Origin: Mustelus asterias
Taxonomy: Eukaryota
DNA: 64,000 nucleotides
Direction: 5' to 3'
Assembly (NCBI RefSeq): GCF_964213995.1
Contig: NC_135822.1
Location: 59,830,001 to 59,894,000, forward strand
Shown one piece after another: positions 33,891 through 47,797 of this stretch. The notes beneath the pieces are model-generated. The model saw only the letters and a list, made by a program, of their open reading frames with translations, did no database searches and was not told the DNA's origin. Position 1 is the first letter of the stretch. Every line of letters starts with the position of its first letter. The translations under genes and the position numbers were made by a program.

Positions 33891-35319
33891 TGGTCTTTCT
33901 TCATCTTAAACTTCTTGAGTAGGTGGCCACATCATTCATGTCCTATGCAGGTTCATTGTCTTCTTGGAAGTTTGATGCCAGGGATGAGGTATTGTTTCTT
34001 TGTGCTGCAGGCATTCCACAATTCCATCCATCTGGATAGTGGATACTAGTTATATGATTTTTGCACAATGGATGGTGTGAGTTTAAGTGCTTACCTGGTG
34101 GGGCATTCAAGTCTTCACGAGTGGGAAAGTCAGTTGTTCAAGTCTTCATGAATGGGAAATTGGTTGTTCATGATCTTTCCATCTCAGGAAGCACAATGCA
34201 TAATTGCGAATGGCTAGTGGGGTGATGTGAAAGCACTTAGTTGAAGTGACTGCATTTAGCTGCACCTCCACGATCTTTCTGTGGCAGCTGCAGGATCATG
34301 AGACAGTGCAGTATTGTACAGCAGAGTAGAATAAGACTACTCTGTTACAGTGTGAACTCTTCCAGCAGTGCTTCCCCATGATATTTCAGTGAGTTTCCGG
34401 ATCAGGTTCATGCTGGCTTTTACTTTTCAGGGTCATATTGGGATCTACATACAGCTTGCATTTAACACCTTTCAGTTTGCCAATACCAGTGAAGTGGTCA
34501 GCATAGAATTCGAGAATGTTGTTGGTAAGAGTAAGAACTGCGTATGTGGCTGCACTCGTGAAGATCTGTTGCTGTGTGGAAACTGTTAAGTGCATCACAT
34601 TCTCCAAAAATGATACAGAACACAGCCGTTGTTCTGCTGCTCCCTATCACACAACACCAACAGATACCATTTCATTTACAAAAGCAGACAAAGAAAGAAC
34701 TTCAGCATCCATTGGCCATGACATTATTTAGGAAGTTGGAGATGAGCAAGTTGTCAGCAAGCCCATGAATGAGAACAACATTAGAATTGACGTTGATATG
34801 CAGTCACCAAACCAAGCCTACAACAAAAAAGAGATATTGACCCTGAGAATCGATTCCATCATAAAGTACATGGTGTTAAACTTAAAATTAATGTCAATGC
34901 AGGCTACCATCAAATCAAGCTTGCAGAAGAATGAAGGTATCTTAGAGCATTTTCCACTCATCGGAGTTTTTTTGATCCAAGAGATTCAACTTTGGAGTCA
35001 GTTCAGCAGTTGACATATTTCAGCACATGATTCAGTCTGCATTTAAAGGTCTTGAAAGGTCTTGAAGTCACCCTGAATATCAGCGATGACATTCTCAAAT
35101 ATGGTCACACTGAAAGTGAACTCAAGATGTGCCTGCATGAATGCCCGCAGGTTCTTAGATAATGTTATCTCACTTTGAATAAAGACAAGTTCTCGTTCAA
35201 GAAAAACATCAAGCTCTTTGGTTGTGTTTCAGTGGTGAAGGAGTATCATCTGCTCCATGGAAAGATGAAGCCATTGCAAATGCTGTATATTCTATAAACA
35301 TGCAGGAAGTCCAGCGTCT

Positions 35320-36960
35320 GTGAGTATTCCATCAAACACATCGTCCCCTGATTTCCACTGTCAGCTTTCCACCAGGACCATTCTCTCCCAGACACCCTCG
35401 TCCATTCTTCTATCACATCCAATGCCTCACCCACCACCCACAGCACTTTCCCATGCAATCGTAGAAGGTGCAACACCTGATTCTTTACCTTCTCCCTGCT
35501 CACCATCCCAAATAGTCTTTGCAAGTCAAGTTTTTAGATGTCCAGATCATCAACAACCTATCCTGGTCCCCCCATGCCGACACTATAGTTAAGAAAGCCC
35601 ACCAACGCCTCTACTTTCTCAGAAGACTAAGGAAATTTGGCGTGTCAGCTGCGACTCTCACCAACTTTTACAGATGCACTATAGAAAGCAATCTTTCTGG
35701 TTGTATCACAGCTTGGTATGGCTCCTGCTCTTCCCAAGACCGCAAGAAACTACAAAAGGCCGTGAATGTAGCCCAATCCATCATGCAAACCAGCCCCCCC
35801 ATCCACTGACTCTGTCTACACTTCCCACTGCTTCGGCAAAACGGCCAGCATAATTAAGGACCCCATGCACCCCAGACATTCTTTCTTCCACCTTCTTCCG
35901 TCGGGAAAAAGATACAAACGTCTGAGGTCACGCACCAACCAACTCAAGAACAGCTTCTTCCCTGCTGCCGTCAGACTTTTGAATGCATTGAGTTGATCTT
36001 TCTCTGCACCCTAGCTACATTCTGCACTCTCTCGTTTCCTCCTCTATGAACGGTATGCTTTGTCTGTGTAACACGCAAGAAATAATACTTTTCACTGTAT
36101 GCTAATACATGTGACAATAATAAATCAAATCAAATCAAATCAAGTGAAGCAAAGCTTCAAAGCAACCAAACGCAGACTGGATGGCTGCTCTGCAGAACAC
36201 ATTTGGTTCGTCTGCAAGCAGGACCCAGGCCTTCCTGTCACTTGCCATTTTGACACATCATCCTGCTTTCTTGTCCACATGTCCGTCCTTGGCCTGTTGC
36301 AATGTTCCAGTGAACCCAGCGCAAACTGGAAGAACAGACCAGATCTTCCAATTAGGCACTTTACAACTTTCCCGACTGAATATTGAGTTCAACAACTTTA
36401 GAGCATGAACTCTCTCCTTCACCTCCACTCCAGTTCCATTTGTTTTTATTTTGTTTCATTTTGTTTATATTATAAATCCATTTGATTACTTTATATTCTT
36501 ATATATTTTAAATTTTAATTTCTTCCATCGTTCCATTTGTCCACTTCTAATTCTCGCTTTCCTCCATGACTGCCCCCCTCCCCCCTGCCCTCCACCCACC
36601 TCTCTTGGGTCATCTGCCACATTCCTCAGGTGACCTTTGAAAATGCATTCTTGTTCTGCCATTTACACATTCCAATCTCTTAATGGACGCTGTTGGTATC
36701 CTTCTCAGCCTTTATCACCACCATTTACATTCCCTTTGGCTTTCAGTCTATGACATCATAGTCAATTACACGATCTTCCCCTCACCTTTACAATATAAAT
36801 CTTGTCCTATTTTCATTGTCTTTAGATCTGACGAATGCTCATCCAGACTCGTAACGCTGGCTCTAATCTCTCTCCACGTATGCTCGAAGACCTGCTGAGA
36901 TTTTCCAGCATGTTCTGTTTTTGCTTCAGATTCCAGCATCTGCAGTATTTTGCTCTTATT
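35320..36960 (+). mobile_element. Older Penelope-like element (second family), split by Rex1
   Basis: TFPCNRRRCNT, TKRRL....AEH and LPV..HF GIY-YIG remnants; decayed hammerhead CTGACGA..GACTC-GTAAC at ~36824-36865; PLE-type 3' end GACCTGCTGAG.TTTTCCAGCA..CCAGCATCTGCAGTATTTTG. Confidence 0.7.
35522..36140 (+). mobile_element. Rex1/Babar LINE 3' fragment
   Basis: Closely matches 2560-3191; LYFLRRLRKFG; (AAATC)n tail. Confidence 0.85.
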
Positions 36961-38409
36961 TGCAGGTATTGTAGTTCATTCCTGATCCTGCTATGCTGGC
37001 TGCTTGAATAGAGCGTTGGATACTCTAAAACTAAAAGAGTACAGGTTCCATATTGAATATCAACCAGCCAACCTCAACCCAGCGGACTAGTCATTTTAAG
37101 TATGTAATCCTAAATGCAGTGCCCAAGTCACTAAAATTGGCTGACATCAAAGCAAAAAGACAAAATGAGGCGTTGCAACTCTATTGTATGGCTATAGAAT
37201 CAGAAAATTGGAGAGATATGATTGAGAGAGCATCTACAAATGAAATCACTCACTTCCTGCAAGGCATTCACAATGTTTAAAATAAACTCACAATCACGTC
37301 TGATCTTGTGTTGTACAACTATATTGTCATTCTGCAATCATTGAGGGAATGTGATGCCGATATAGCATGTGGAGGTCACCAGGAAATTGTCAAAACTGAA
37401 CAATTACTGTTGGAAAATATTTGGTTCCCAGGAATTGATTGCATGGTAAAACACAAAATCAATCAGTCTTCGCCATTGTCAAATCTTTGTGATCCTTTCA
37501 AGGTGTCTTACCTCCAGGACTATGGATTGAGGTTGACATTGATTTTGTAGATTTGACTGGTGACCACCTTTTTATTGTCACTGACAACTACAGCAGATTC
37601 TCAGTTGTGTAATAGTAATGTCAGCTTCAGTGAAAGCAGTCATACCAAAGCTTGACCAGATCTTTGTCTTCCTTGGAGTCCTTCAAATGGTGAGAAATGA
37701 CGAGTCAACAGCACTGAGTTCAGTAAATTTCCCAACTAACTAGTTTTCACTCATTGAAAAATCACACTTGGTTGTCCAGATGCTAATGGAGGAGCTGAGA
37801 GGTTTATTCTTACCTTGAAGAAAATAATATATAAGGCAATTAGGGATGAGCAACAAATGCTTGCCTTGCCAGGGATACTCATACTTTGAAAGACTAAAGA
37901 AGCGAAAAAGCTGCAGCCGAGAGCAAGACATGGAACCAAGACTTGCATCATTTTCTTCTAAATTACAGAGCGACTGCTCACTCAACTACTGGAAAGCTTC
38001 GGACTACACTTATATTTGTACATCTTATATGCACATGTCATCCTGAGATATCCCATGGAGATAATGATCAACATATATAAAAAGTTGATCGAGAACAGAA
38101 GGATCCAGTAGAGTAAATGCAGAGTGAAGCATGAAATTTCGAGTTACATCACTAAAGCCAGGAGACAAAATGCTTGTGAATTGTGATGGTCCTGTTGGAA
38201 AGCAAACAATATCCAAGCATTTGTTGTGACCAACACAAAAGCACGATTCATAAATCCTCATTTGAATCACGTCATTCTTCAAAGAACTGTAAACACCATT
38301 TATGAATCCAATTTTGAAATTAACACATCAGGTGAAGAACATGAGTTAAATAGGACTATACCTAATGTTAGACAGTGGCCAGGATTTTCCGGCCGTTCAC
38401 ACGGGAATG

Positions 38410-39661
38410 GTCTCAAAACCTTTGACACTTACTTCAGCCTGCAGCGAAACATAGTTACAGAATTAACTCATTTTAACCCAAGGTCTTAATAACCAGGGGA
38501 ATTGATTGAAATATTTCTAACTGACCTATATCACTGAGCTAGTTCTTGCAATTGATATTGAAAGATTGAGCTAATCTATGATTGCATAGGTGTGAGCGTC
38601 TGGGATGAAAAACTCTGACTTTCTGCAGACCAGAGTTCCTAGAGGAAATTGCTAGTCTTAGTCCAGACTATTGTTCAGTTACAGTGCAAATTCAAGACTT
38701 CAATATCACCTTTAAATTTGATACTCGAGCTACTGTTAACATCCTAGCAGATGATCTCAACTGGCTTCAGCCAATACCCCTTCATCCATCAGACATCAAA
38801 TTACAAGGTCCATGTGGCACAGACCTTCCAATTAAAGGCAGGATTATTGCTTCTCTTTGCTACAAGAGATGACAGATTGTTGATGAAGTAGTTCTAGCGA
38901 GGAATTATGTAGCATGGAGGACGTGGGTTCCAGCAGTAATACTAGCCAAGACTGCTGTCCTACACTGTGGAGACACAAGATGAGCTGTGGCGAAAGCATA
39001 CAGACCAATTGCTGGTGGCACCCTATCAAGGAGTGGGAGCATCAGCTGGGGAGATGTAGACGGTTCAGCGAGAACCGGCAGAGGTTCCTGAGGAATAGAA
39101 ACCCTACAGTGCAGGAAGAGGCCATTTGGCTCATAGAAGGGAGCAGGGAACCCATAGCTGCACCTTTGGATGATGAGCTGGGAACACCGGTAGTGGCGAA
39201 TGATAATATGTGTATGGAAGAATCACCGGAGCCACGATCGCTGGAAAGGGACCGAAGGCCGGTTCCAGCTCCCAGGAAACAACTTCCATCGAATTATCGG
39301 CCTTTGGCCCAATTAATCATGTCTATATAACATAAGCATTTGGGTGGGAGGCTAAATGAATATTATTATTGTCTGTCGTGTATAAAGTTATGACCATGTA
39401 TGTCAATAGTTCATTGTTATTTCTGGATGAGGATTGATATTTAGAAGGGAGGAGTGTTTTGTATGTGGGGCAGAGCCCCTCTAAGAGGACAGGTCAGGTG
39501 ACCTGGGGCATGGGGGGACCTGCCCAGGAAATCTGCCCCGACAGCAGTCTAGGGCTGGAGTGTGAGGATTAAAGTTCTTCAGTAAACCCTATTGTTCCCC
39601 TGGCTTGCCTTTCCATGTGACTTCTTTGGAGCTACCTCCCCCAGTAGACTGAGATTTAACA
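38410..39661 (+). mobile_element. Gypsy relics: gag/protease remnant and a 3' end with PPT and LTR (39455-39661)
   Basis: FKFDTRATVNIL (DTGA-like); PPT AGAAGGGAGGAG followed by a TG...CA segment. Confidence 0.55.
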
Positions 39662-39664
39662 CAA

Positions 39665-41930
39665 GCCAGGAGGTTGGCAGCAAAGAGAGCAGTTCCACGC
39701 TTCATGGAGGGAAATCTCGGAGGGTTTCTGGACACAATGGAGGAGAAGCTGGCCACCCTGTATCACTGAGACGCAGTGCAGTGAAGCAAATGTGGCCTGG
39801 GATGTGATGGCTTTGACCAGGTGTCACTGGCATCACCCGCACCTTTCATCAGTGCAGAGACACACATTTTGGTGGGTGGAATTAGCAGGCATACTTCAGG
39901 GTGAGCACCACACAGCTGCTGATGCACACCAGGTGGAGGCGGGAATGTCCAAAGGATTGGGCAGAGGTCTGCTGGATCCCAAGAGACAGCTGGCCTGCAG
40001 CCAGATGCCAAGCCACTGGAAACAGTTCTCCCAAAGCTGCTGGAGATGCAGAGGCAGAGCCTGGAACTGCATGAGGGCGTGACAGCAACATTCCGACAAC
40101 TGCAAGTTTGGAGGACTCCCACAGCTTTCAGGCACAGGAGATGGTGCCGACATTATGTGGCACCCAGGCCAACACTGCAAAGGTGACAACCGCAGTGGAA
40201 AGCCTGGGGAAGGAATTTGTAGCCATGGGTGACAGGGTCCAAGGCATGGCTGAGTCGCTGAGGACCAGACAGAGAGGTCCATGACTGTGGGCTTCAAGAG
40301 CATGACTGAGTTACAGAGTGCAATTGCAGAGGTGCTCCAGAGCTTAGTCCAGATGCAGATGTTCATTGCTGATGGCTCTTGCACCATGGTGCAGACAAAG
40401 TTGGACCTCAATGACTGCCAGTTGATGCAGAGGCATCTGAAGCTCACTCCGGCTACCCCTCCATCCCTGTGTCCCAGGGGGCCATGAGCACCCTGAGGAA
40501 GGAGGAAGCACTGGAGGTCATTCCAGGGCTTCCACCCCAGAGACCCCTGCCCCTTTGAATCCCACCCTCCATTCCCCCGCTTCCTGACACCAGTGCATCT
40601 CAAAAGGCTGAACAGGATGGCATGGCTACCTGTGACCTGTGACACCCACAAGTTGGCTGGGGCCCTCCAGGTTCTGGCCCTCCAGAAGAGGCCTGCCAAG
40701 GGCATCACAGGCCACAGGGTGCAGAAGACAGCAGGCCACCTCCACCTCCGATGTGCATCCTGAGAGTCACCTAGATATAGCACAAGTAGGCTTACATTAA
40801 CACTGCAATGAAGTTGCTGTGAAAATCTCCTAGTTGTCACACTCCGGCACTTGTTTGGGTACACTGAGGGAGAATTGAGCATGTCCAATGCACCTAAATG
40901 GCACGTCTTTTGTACTGTGGGAGGAAACCGGAGCATCCGGAGAAAACAGACGCAGACACGGGGAGAACGTGTAGACTCTACACAGACAGTGACCCAAGCC
41001 AGGAATCGAACCCAGGTGCTTGGCACTGTGAGGCAGTTGTACTAACCATTATGCCACCGTGCCACCCTTGGAAGGGTGGGCAGGGGTCTTGGCAGGGTAA
41101 GCATGGATCAAGGGTCTTGAAAGAGAGAGGCTTCTTGGGGGGGTGGGGGGGGGGGGAAAATGGGGTGTTGGTGGAGGTGCTGGAGCATCTGGCGGCAATG
41201 GGGGCCTCCCTGGTCCTCATGTCATGCTGCATCCTTGCCGCTGGCTGTCCTCCATCCTCTGGGTCCTACTTGGACACTTCCTCCACATTCAGCTCCTCCC
41301 CAGGGGAATACGCATGGTCCTCCTCCTTCAGAATGTCACCCCGCTGCTGTGCAACATTCTGGAGGGTACAGCAAACTATCACGATGCGAGAGACACTCTG
41401 GGGGCTGCATTGAAGAGCAGAGCCAGTGTGGTCCAGCAAGCGGAACCATATCTTAAGCATGTCAATGCACTGCTCAGCGACAGATTGGGTGGCAGTGTGG
41501 GCCTCATAGTAGCAGGTCTCCGCCTCGGTTTCAGGCCTTCGCGCCGTGACCTCAGCAGGTAGCCCTTGTATCCAACATTCCAGTAGCCTGGGATGGTCTT
41601 CAAAGACCCCAGGGATATTCGAGTGCCCCAGGATGAACCTGTCATGCTATTATACTCAATGCAACCTGGCCAGTCAGTGCATGAACTGTGACTTGCAGCC
41701 CGACAGGGAGTCAGATGTTAGCTAGCTCCCCCGCCCTCAGGATTTCTGTCCTGCCTTCTCTCTCTGCTCCTTGAGCTGGCACATTTCAGTCTTCCACCCA
41801 GATATGGACCGCTGGCAATCCTAGCCATTGGCAGCAGCTTTTGGCAGATTGGACTGAGCTCTGTGACGCTCATGTAACGAATAAGGGTGGCTATGAGCAG
41901 GCCCTCATTGAGGAACACTTGCAGTATAAT
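39665..41930. mobile_element. PIF/Harbinger transposon relic (transposase on minus, second ORF on plus)
   Basis: Minus-strand remnants GYKGYLL (GDKGYPL-like), LKIWFRLLDHTGSALQCSP.SVSRIVIVCCTLQN, which are HARBI1/DDE_Tnp_4-like; convergent decayed ORF on plus. Confidence 0.7.
40780..41068 (-). mobile_element. V-SINE (type-B tail)
   Basis: tRNA head with GGGTTCGATTCC, V-domain, tail matching 63720-63785. Confidence 0.85.
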
Positions 41931-42869
41931 TTCTACGTGTACCCACCTGGACGTGCAAACTCACCTCCATGAATAGTATGCAGTTCAGAAAGAACTAAGA
42001 ACCCTCCTAACTTCCATGTGATTAGACATTATGGTGTTCATTGTAGGAAACACTTTAGGATTTATGCAGTGTGAAGAGCTGTGTTAATATCTGACAAGCT
42101 CCCTTGATTGAGGCTACAGCTGCCAGACCTGGTGCTTGTAACTGTTATCCTGGGATGGAATGTCAAAAATAAACCACAGAGCCTTTTAAGCAGATGGAGA
42201 GCAGTGTAACCAGAGCGACATTAGTCGGCTTTACAATTGGCATCAAAGGCAATCCCTCAAGGGCTTCTCAGCGGCCAGTGAGAATACTCACTACACAAGC
42301 CCCAACTGAGAGGTGGGCGCCAACCTGCTGACCTCCAACCCCCCCCAAACATCCTTGAAGGCCCCCACCCTGCACCATGGCAACCGCGGACTTGTCCTTT
42401 GCATCCTGGAAGTTAGTGCTAAGTGGTACTCACCTCCTCACTCACCCTCACAACCCATAGTGACTGGGCCAAAGTGACAAGTAGTGATTTGTATCTGTGT
42501 GACTTCCCGCTTGGGAAGAGCAGAGGCAAGGCTGACCATTATGAGGACCTCATGGGGCAGAGGGGGACATGGGAGATGGAGAGGCCGGCAATGTTCTGGA
42601 GGGGGGAAAGGGGGTGGGTGCTGGCATTGACTGTTTGGAAAAGGGGTCTGATGCCAGCGAAGTCCAGGGGGAAGGGGGTGCTGTTGGCATTAACTTTTTG
42701 TGGGGGGGAGGGGGAGGGGGGGAATGCCAGCTCTGATTACAGAGTGTTGGGGGGGGGGGAGATGGATACCAGCGATGACTGTTTTGGGAGAGGGTGACCT
42801 CCATGGTGGGGTGAGCGATCTGGAGAGAAAACCAGCCTGTTTCCCTGGACACCGGTTTTCAGTCAGAAC

Positions 42870-43515
42870 CTGACAATTTGCCAATTTCTGGTTATTTACT
42901 TTGTTGATAAGAATAGAAAAATGGAACCTTTTTAAAAGGCATGGAACTTTCAAATGTTGATGCTCAGAGGAACTGGATACACTCATATGAGGAATAGAGA
43001 AAGTTGGCATATGGGTATGGCAAGCAATTAGGAAGATAGGTTGCATGATGGCCTTTAGTTCAAGGGAATTGGAAGACAAGAAGATGGAAGTCTTGCTTTA
43101 ATTGTACAGAGCTTTGGCGAGATGACACCTGAAGAACAGCGCAGTTTTTGTCTCTATATTTAAGGAAGGATAGATTGTATTGGATGCGATACAACAAATG
43201 TTGACTAGATTGCTTCGTGGGATGAGAGTTTTGTCATATGATAGGCTAAATAAATTGTGCTTATGCTCTGTGGAGTTTAGAGGAATGACAGGTAATCTCA
43301 TTGAAACATACAGGTTACTGAGGGACCTGACAGGGTAGAGGCCGTTCCTCCTGACTGGGCAAAAGAGCTCAGGGCCACAGTCTCAGGATAAGGGGTTGAT
43401 CATTTAAGACTGCAATGCAGAGAAACTTCTTGACTAAAAGGGTTGTGAATCTTTGGAATTCTCTCCCTTAGAGGGCTGTAAAAGCTACATTGTTATATCT
43501 ATTTAAAGCTGAAAT
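42870..43515 (+). mobile_element. Old CR1 RT C-terminal fragment (its 3' UTR resumes at ~45790-45897)
   Basis: LLYRALAR.HL, SYDRL..L.L.SVEFR, GNLIET and VVNLWNSLP remnants. Confidence 0.65.
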
Positions 43516-44280
43516 ACTTCACTTGTCTTAAGAAACCTTTAAGGTTCATTCATTTATCCTGCGACCAGGTCAAAAGATATATCACAGCTCTCTGGAGTTC
43601 ATTCTGATTTCTCTTCCATGTTCCAGCTCTTCCTCAAGGTACAAGATTTAATGGGGTCCTTTCATTAGCTTTTGGCTAAGTGACCATTCAATTTCTTTAC
43701 ACACCTCACAACTCTGGATTCTTCAGCTCAAGCACAGGCCTCCATGCGACTACTGAGCAGTGGCTTAAAATTTCTTTGATTTTCAACAGCTGGCTGCTAT
43801 GTTTCAAATGGCAACCAAGTTGGTTACTTCCAGAACTCTGAATGCAAACAGGTTAACTGCCTCTTATTGAGAGAATTAGTGTACATTTCTTCCTTTGGCT
43901 TAAATAAACCTGTGAGTCATTTTTCCCCCTTTCTAACCAACTCCCAAATACAGGTGATGTCAGGACCACAGATCTAGCATTACTATACGTTTGGTGTTGG
44001 TATGGGTTTATCTCTCAGCTTTCAGAGCTACAAGCTAGATAATACCAAAAGATGACACAGTCTCTTAGCTGCTCCTCTCTAGCCATCTTGCCTACTGAAT
44101 TCACAGAGATAATTCTAAGCAAAGAATTTCACTAAGCTCCACCCATCTCTATGACAATATGGCACATGACCCAGTCCTAAGCAGAAATGCAAATTAACTG
44201 CATTATAATTCAAAAACTTTCCTTAATTCTGGGAAACTACATGCATAACCTATCATTTACTGCAATAATGCATAAGTCAT

Positions 44281-45547
44281 GGGTGGATTTCTAAGTGCAG
44301 TGGCGGACAGCTCTGGCAATGCCTTTCCCCCCAGCCAGAATGGCGAGATCCTGGACCAGATTTAATGCTTGGGACCTCATTAATTATGCACAACACGTTC
44401 TCCTTTGAGTGACTTGGCTAGCTGGCAGCTGATTCAACCATGAACCGTCAGCTGCTGTGTTCGAAGTTCCCGGCATCATATTTAAATAACAGACCAGTGC
44501 ACTCATATCACTTTCTCCAGCCCACATGTCTTCACCAGACCATGCCACTGTCAGCAACCCAGAGGGAAAAGGTTCGCAGCCTCAAGAAGAAGATTGTTCC
44601 GCAATTCAATCATCCTCCTCTGTGCGCTAAGAGGCACCCATGTCCCACTTGGAACTTTACCCACTGCATCTGAAGTCTTCATTCATCCACTTCCAATAAA
44701 TAATATGATGTCCTTTTGACTCCCTTGTTTGTGAGCTTTTCCTGTAGACTTGTCAGAGTCCAGCTTCCCTGTACTTGGTCTTCCCTCTGCCTTCTGTTGT
44801 TTGTCTTCTTCACCTAACTCCCTGTAATCTCTGCTTGCCATTGAGTCTCACCCCTCCCTGCTCCTTGCACAGCCCTCCTTCAACATTGCCTCTCCTTGTC
44901 TTCGTCAGCCTTTCCCCAGCCTCACCTCACACTCCACACCTGGTTGAACTTTTTACCTTTGCTGCAGTGGCTGCATGAGTTCTCCAGCACAGTCTTATCC
45001 AGATACCGTGTAGGGAAGGTGACTTCTATACTCCCCAAACCCAGGCACAGTACCGAATCGGTGACACAGGAGAGTCTATGGGTCCAGCTGCACATTGCTG
45101 TCCATGAAGACCAACTCAGCATGGAGATGGAGGGCAGGAACCGGTCTGCTCCAGCAGAGTGGTGAACAGCGCATCAGGAGCTGTGCAGCATTGTGGCATT
45201 GTTGCACTTACTCTGTCACTTGGGAACTGAGGACTATCTTGTGCACACCACTCTTTAGCAATCAGGTTTTAGACCACTGTAATTTCAAGCTTGTGTGACA
45301 TAAGATTGAAGGGCCTGATGGGATGCCACTGGACAGCTGTTTTAATGGGCATTCAATGAGATGCAAATGAATGCAAATGGAATTCATGTCACCAGCCAGC
45401 AGGAAGGCTGATCTGTCATTAATCTGCGATTGAGAAAATTGTTATGTGATCTTATGTTGGTGGGTTTCTTACTTTTTGGCTCCTGCTAGATTCTCTGCTT
45501 CTGCTCACACCCAAATCCGCCGCAGGTGTGATGGGAAAATTCCACCC
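44281..45547. mobile_element. Non-autonomous Harbinger-type element
   Basis: TIRs GGGTGGATTT / AATTCCACCC with 3-bp TSD CAT at 44278-44280 and 45548-45550. Confidence 0.65.
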
Positions 45548-45899
45548 CATATTTCTCGTTCTTTAGCCAAGTAAGCTCACTTACCATTTTATGATCTTAC
45601 CTTTGTCAATGTTAACCTCTTAAATCAACATGGCCTTATTATTTTAAGCATAATAAACTCCAAGCTTGTTTGAATTTCATTTACTTCAGGATTATTGACA
45701 GTTTCTCAACCAGACATCCTGATGTTCTACAGTTAAAACTTTAATTCTTAAAACTAAAAATTATATTATAAAATAGAATTATAAACTAGATAATCACAAT
45801 AGTGGGTAAATAGAGTTGAGACTGAAGATCAACCATGGTTGTGTTTAATGGCAGTGAAGGTTCGAAGAGCAGTGATTTCTACTCCTGCTCCTATTCCTT

Positions 45900-46007
45900 G
45901 GCTGGGATTCTCTGACCTCGTCCCGCTGCTGTGAATGGAAATTTGGCTGAGTGCAAAATTCTCCATTCTTGATGGCAGCAATGGTATGACATTGGAGAAT
46001 TCTAGCC
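45900..46007. mobile_element. Short Harbinger-type MITE
   Basis: TIRs GGCTGGGATTCTC / GAGAATTCTAGCC; TSD CTT. Confidence 0.65.
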
Positions 46008-46051
46008 CTTATGTTTTGTTAAGAAAGCATTACAATTTGAGAGATGGCAAT

Positions 46052-46350
46052 GGGTGGCATGGTGGCACAGTGGTTAGCACTGCTGCCTCAAAGCGCCAGG
46101 GATCTGGGTTCAAATCTGGCCTTGGGTTACTGTCTGTGTGGAGTTTGCACGTTCTCCCTGAATCTGCGTGGGTTTCCTCTGGGTGCTCCGGTTTCCTCCC
46201 ACACTCCAAAGATGTGAAGGTTAGGTTGATTGGCCATGGTAAACTGTCCCTTAATGTCAGGGGGACTAGCAGGATAAATACCTGGGGTTACGGGGATAGA
46301 CTCGCTGGGCCAAATGGCCTCCTTCTGCACTATAGGGATTCTATAATTCT
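46052..46350 (+). mobile_element. HE1-like V-SINE with CR1-type tail
   Basis: Boxes A and B, V-domain, GGGCCAAATGGCCTCCTTCTGCAC tail. Confidence 0.85.
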
Positions 46351-47279
46351 TTGAATTGAACCTTAAAAGAAAGTAATGGAAGCAGATACAGCAATCATCA
46401 ACTGAGGAAAGTGGCAACCAGAAGGGAGAACAATGGAGACAGGAGAAAATAATCTAAGACTAGGAATAGGAACTGGAAACAGGGAAAAGTAGCAAAATGC
46501 TGGAGTGAGCAACAGAAGCCAGGAGAAAGTGATGGGAGCCGGAGCAGTGATAAAAGTCAAAAGAAAAGCAACTGATGTAAGGTGAGAGTTCTGGGAGCTA
46601 AAAGAAAGCAACAGAAGCCAAAAAGACAGCAGGAGCAGTTACAGATGGTAGAAAAAAGGCAGAAGATACCAACAGAAGTTTAGAGAGTAGCTGCAGTCGG
46701 GACACAGCAGTAAGGGAAGGAATATCAGGAACTGGTTGAAAGCAATTGGAGCAGCAGGAACAAGGTTTAGTAGGAATTTAAAGAGAACAGGAAAAGGCTA
46801 ATATAAAGAAGCATGGCAAGAACTGCCGCAGCCAGGAAAGAGGCTGAAATTATGGAAGTGTTATGCTTCAAATACAAAATGCTATGTCTGACAATTCTAG
46901 CTTACAGATAAAAAAAATGCTCAGTCTCATGGGAACCATGTTTCTACGTAGGGCTTTATTTTTTTGTTGTTGCTATAGCAGAAATGGACTGAACAATGTA
47001 CTGCATGCAATAACTTACTATTATTGTTGCAAACTTTGACCTTTGATCCAGGATGTGAGGCTATATATAACACGCACAAAGCTGTTTTAGATGCAGTTTC
47101 CTATTCTAACACAGAAAGTGAAAATTAAATATGCACTTTTAAAATAGAATACTCATTGAAATTTTTGGCATCAAAAATTAACAGTTAACAGCAAAACCTT
47201 TTTAAGAACAATTCAGAATGATGCCAAGTTTCAATATAGCCATATTACGCACCCTTCCCCCAAATACATCTGAAGTTAC

Positions 47280-47630
47280 TGGTTTTACACGTGACCCATA
47301 AATGGGTCTTAGTTCAGCTGTGTGCAGCTGGTATTGAGCCAGCACTTCCGTCTGCTAGTCCACTCCACAGTTTACTACTGATTTCATGCTGATAGCTTGC
47401 ATAGATACCACATAGGGGTGGTATTGTTTAGGAAGGTTGAATGAGGAAGACAGTTGACAAGTAACTAACATAACCGGCCCATCCTCCACTCTCTTTCTCC
47501 GGGTATTTGCCGATTGGTTGCTCCAGAGGAGTCTGAGTAGGCAGTGGGCATGCTTGTCACGTTTTAAGTCTCTACTGGTGGGGAGGGGGTGGGGTGCTGG
47601 GAAGGTTTAGAGAGAGAGAGAGCTCAGCAG
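47280..47630 (+). promoter_or_regulatory. Candidate Pol II promoter
   Basis: E-box CACGTGAC (47288), ETS CACTTCCG (47343), inverted CCAAT box (47513), GGGGTGGGG KLF/SP box (~47586), local CpG rise in a repeat-free island. Confidence 0.55.
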
Positions 47631-47797
47631 TACGATAATGATGCTAGAGTCAGGATTTAAAAAAAACTATGTACCACGGTGCCCGTAACATAGCTCAAGG
47701 AGAAGGAGGCAAGATGGCTGCCTGATAGGGTCTGCCTCTGATGGAGGAAGCAGAGACTGTTTCAGAGGAGTGTTGCAAGATAGAGGGTGTAGTGTAG
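47600..47797 (+). other. Candidate first (5' UTR) exon with short upstream ORFs
   Basis: YY1-type AAGATGGC at 47711; donor TAG|GTATAT at 47797/47798; start coordinate approximate. Confidence 0.45.

Larger units (their letters stand above)
34300..38330 (+). mobile_element. Highly degraded Gypsy internal region, interrupted by a PLE and a Rex1
   Basis: RT-like ISDDIL, and integrase-like GHQEIVKT..LL.NIWFPGID and TDNYSRF remnants. Confidence 0.55.

Noticed and set aside
39896-41026. 376-aa minus-strand ORF
   Set aside because: It runs through a SINE and the antisense of a Harbinger relic, with no domain motifs; a chance open frame in GC-rich repeat DNA.
43524-44241. Possible solo LTR (TG...CA) inside an old CR1
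   Set aside because: No TSD and no partner LTR; boundaries unsupported.
46365-46850. Strongly purine-skewed stretch with AGCAACAGAAGCCA-like repeats
   Set aside because: Stops interrupt the frames and there is no regular period; treated as decayed low-complexity sequence.
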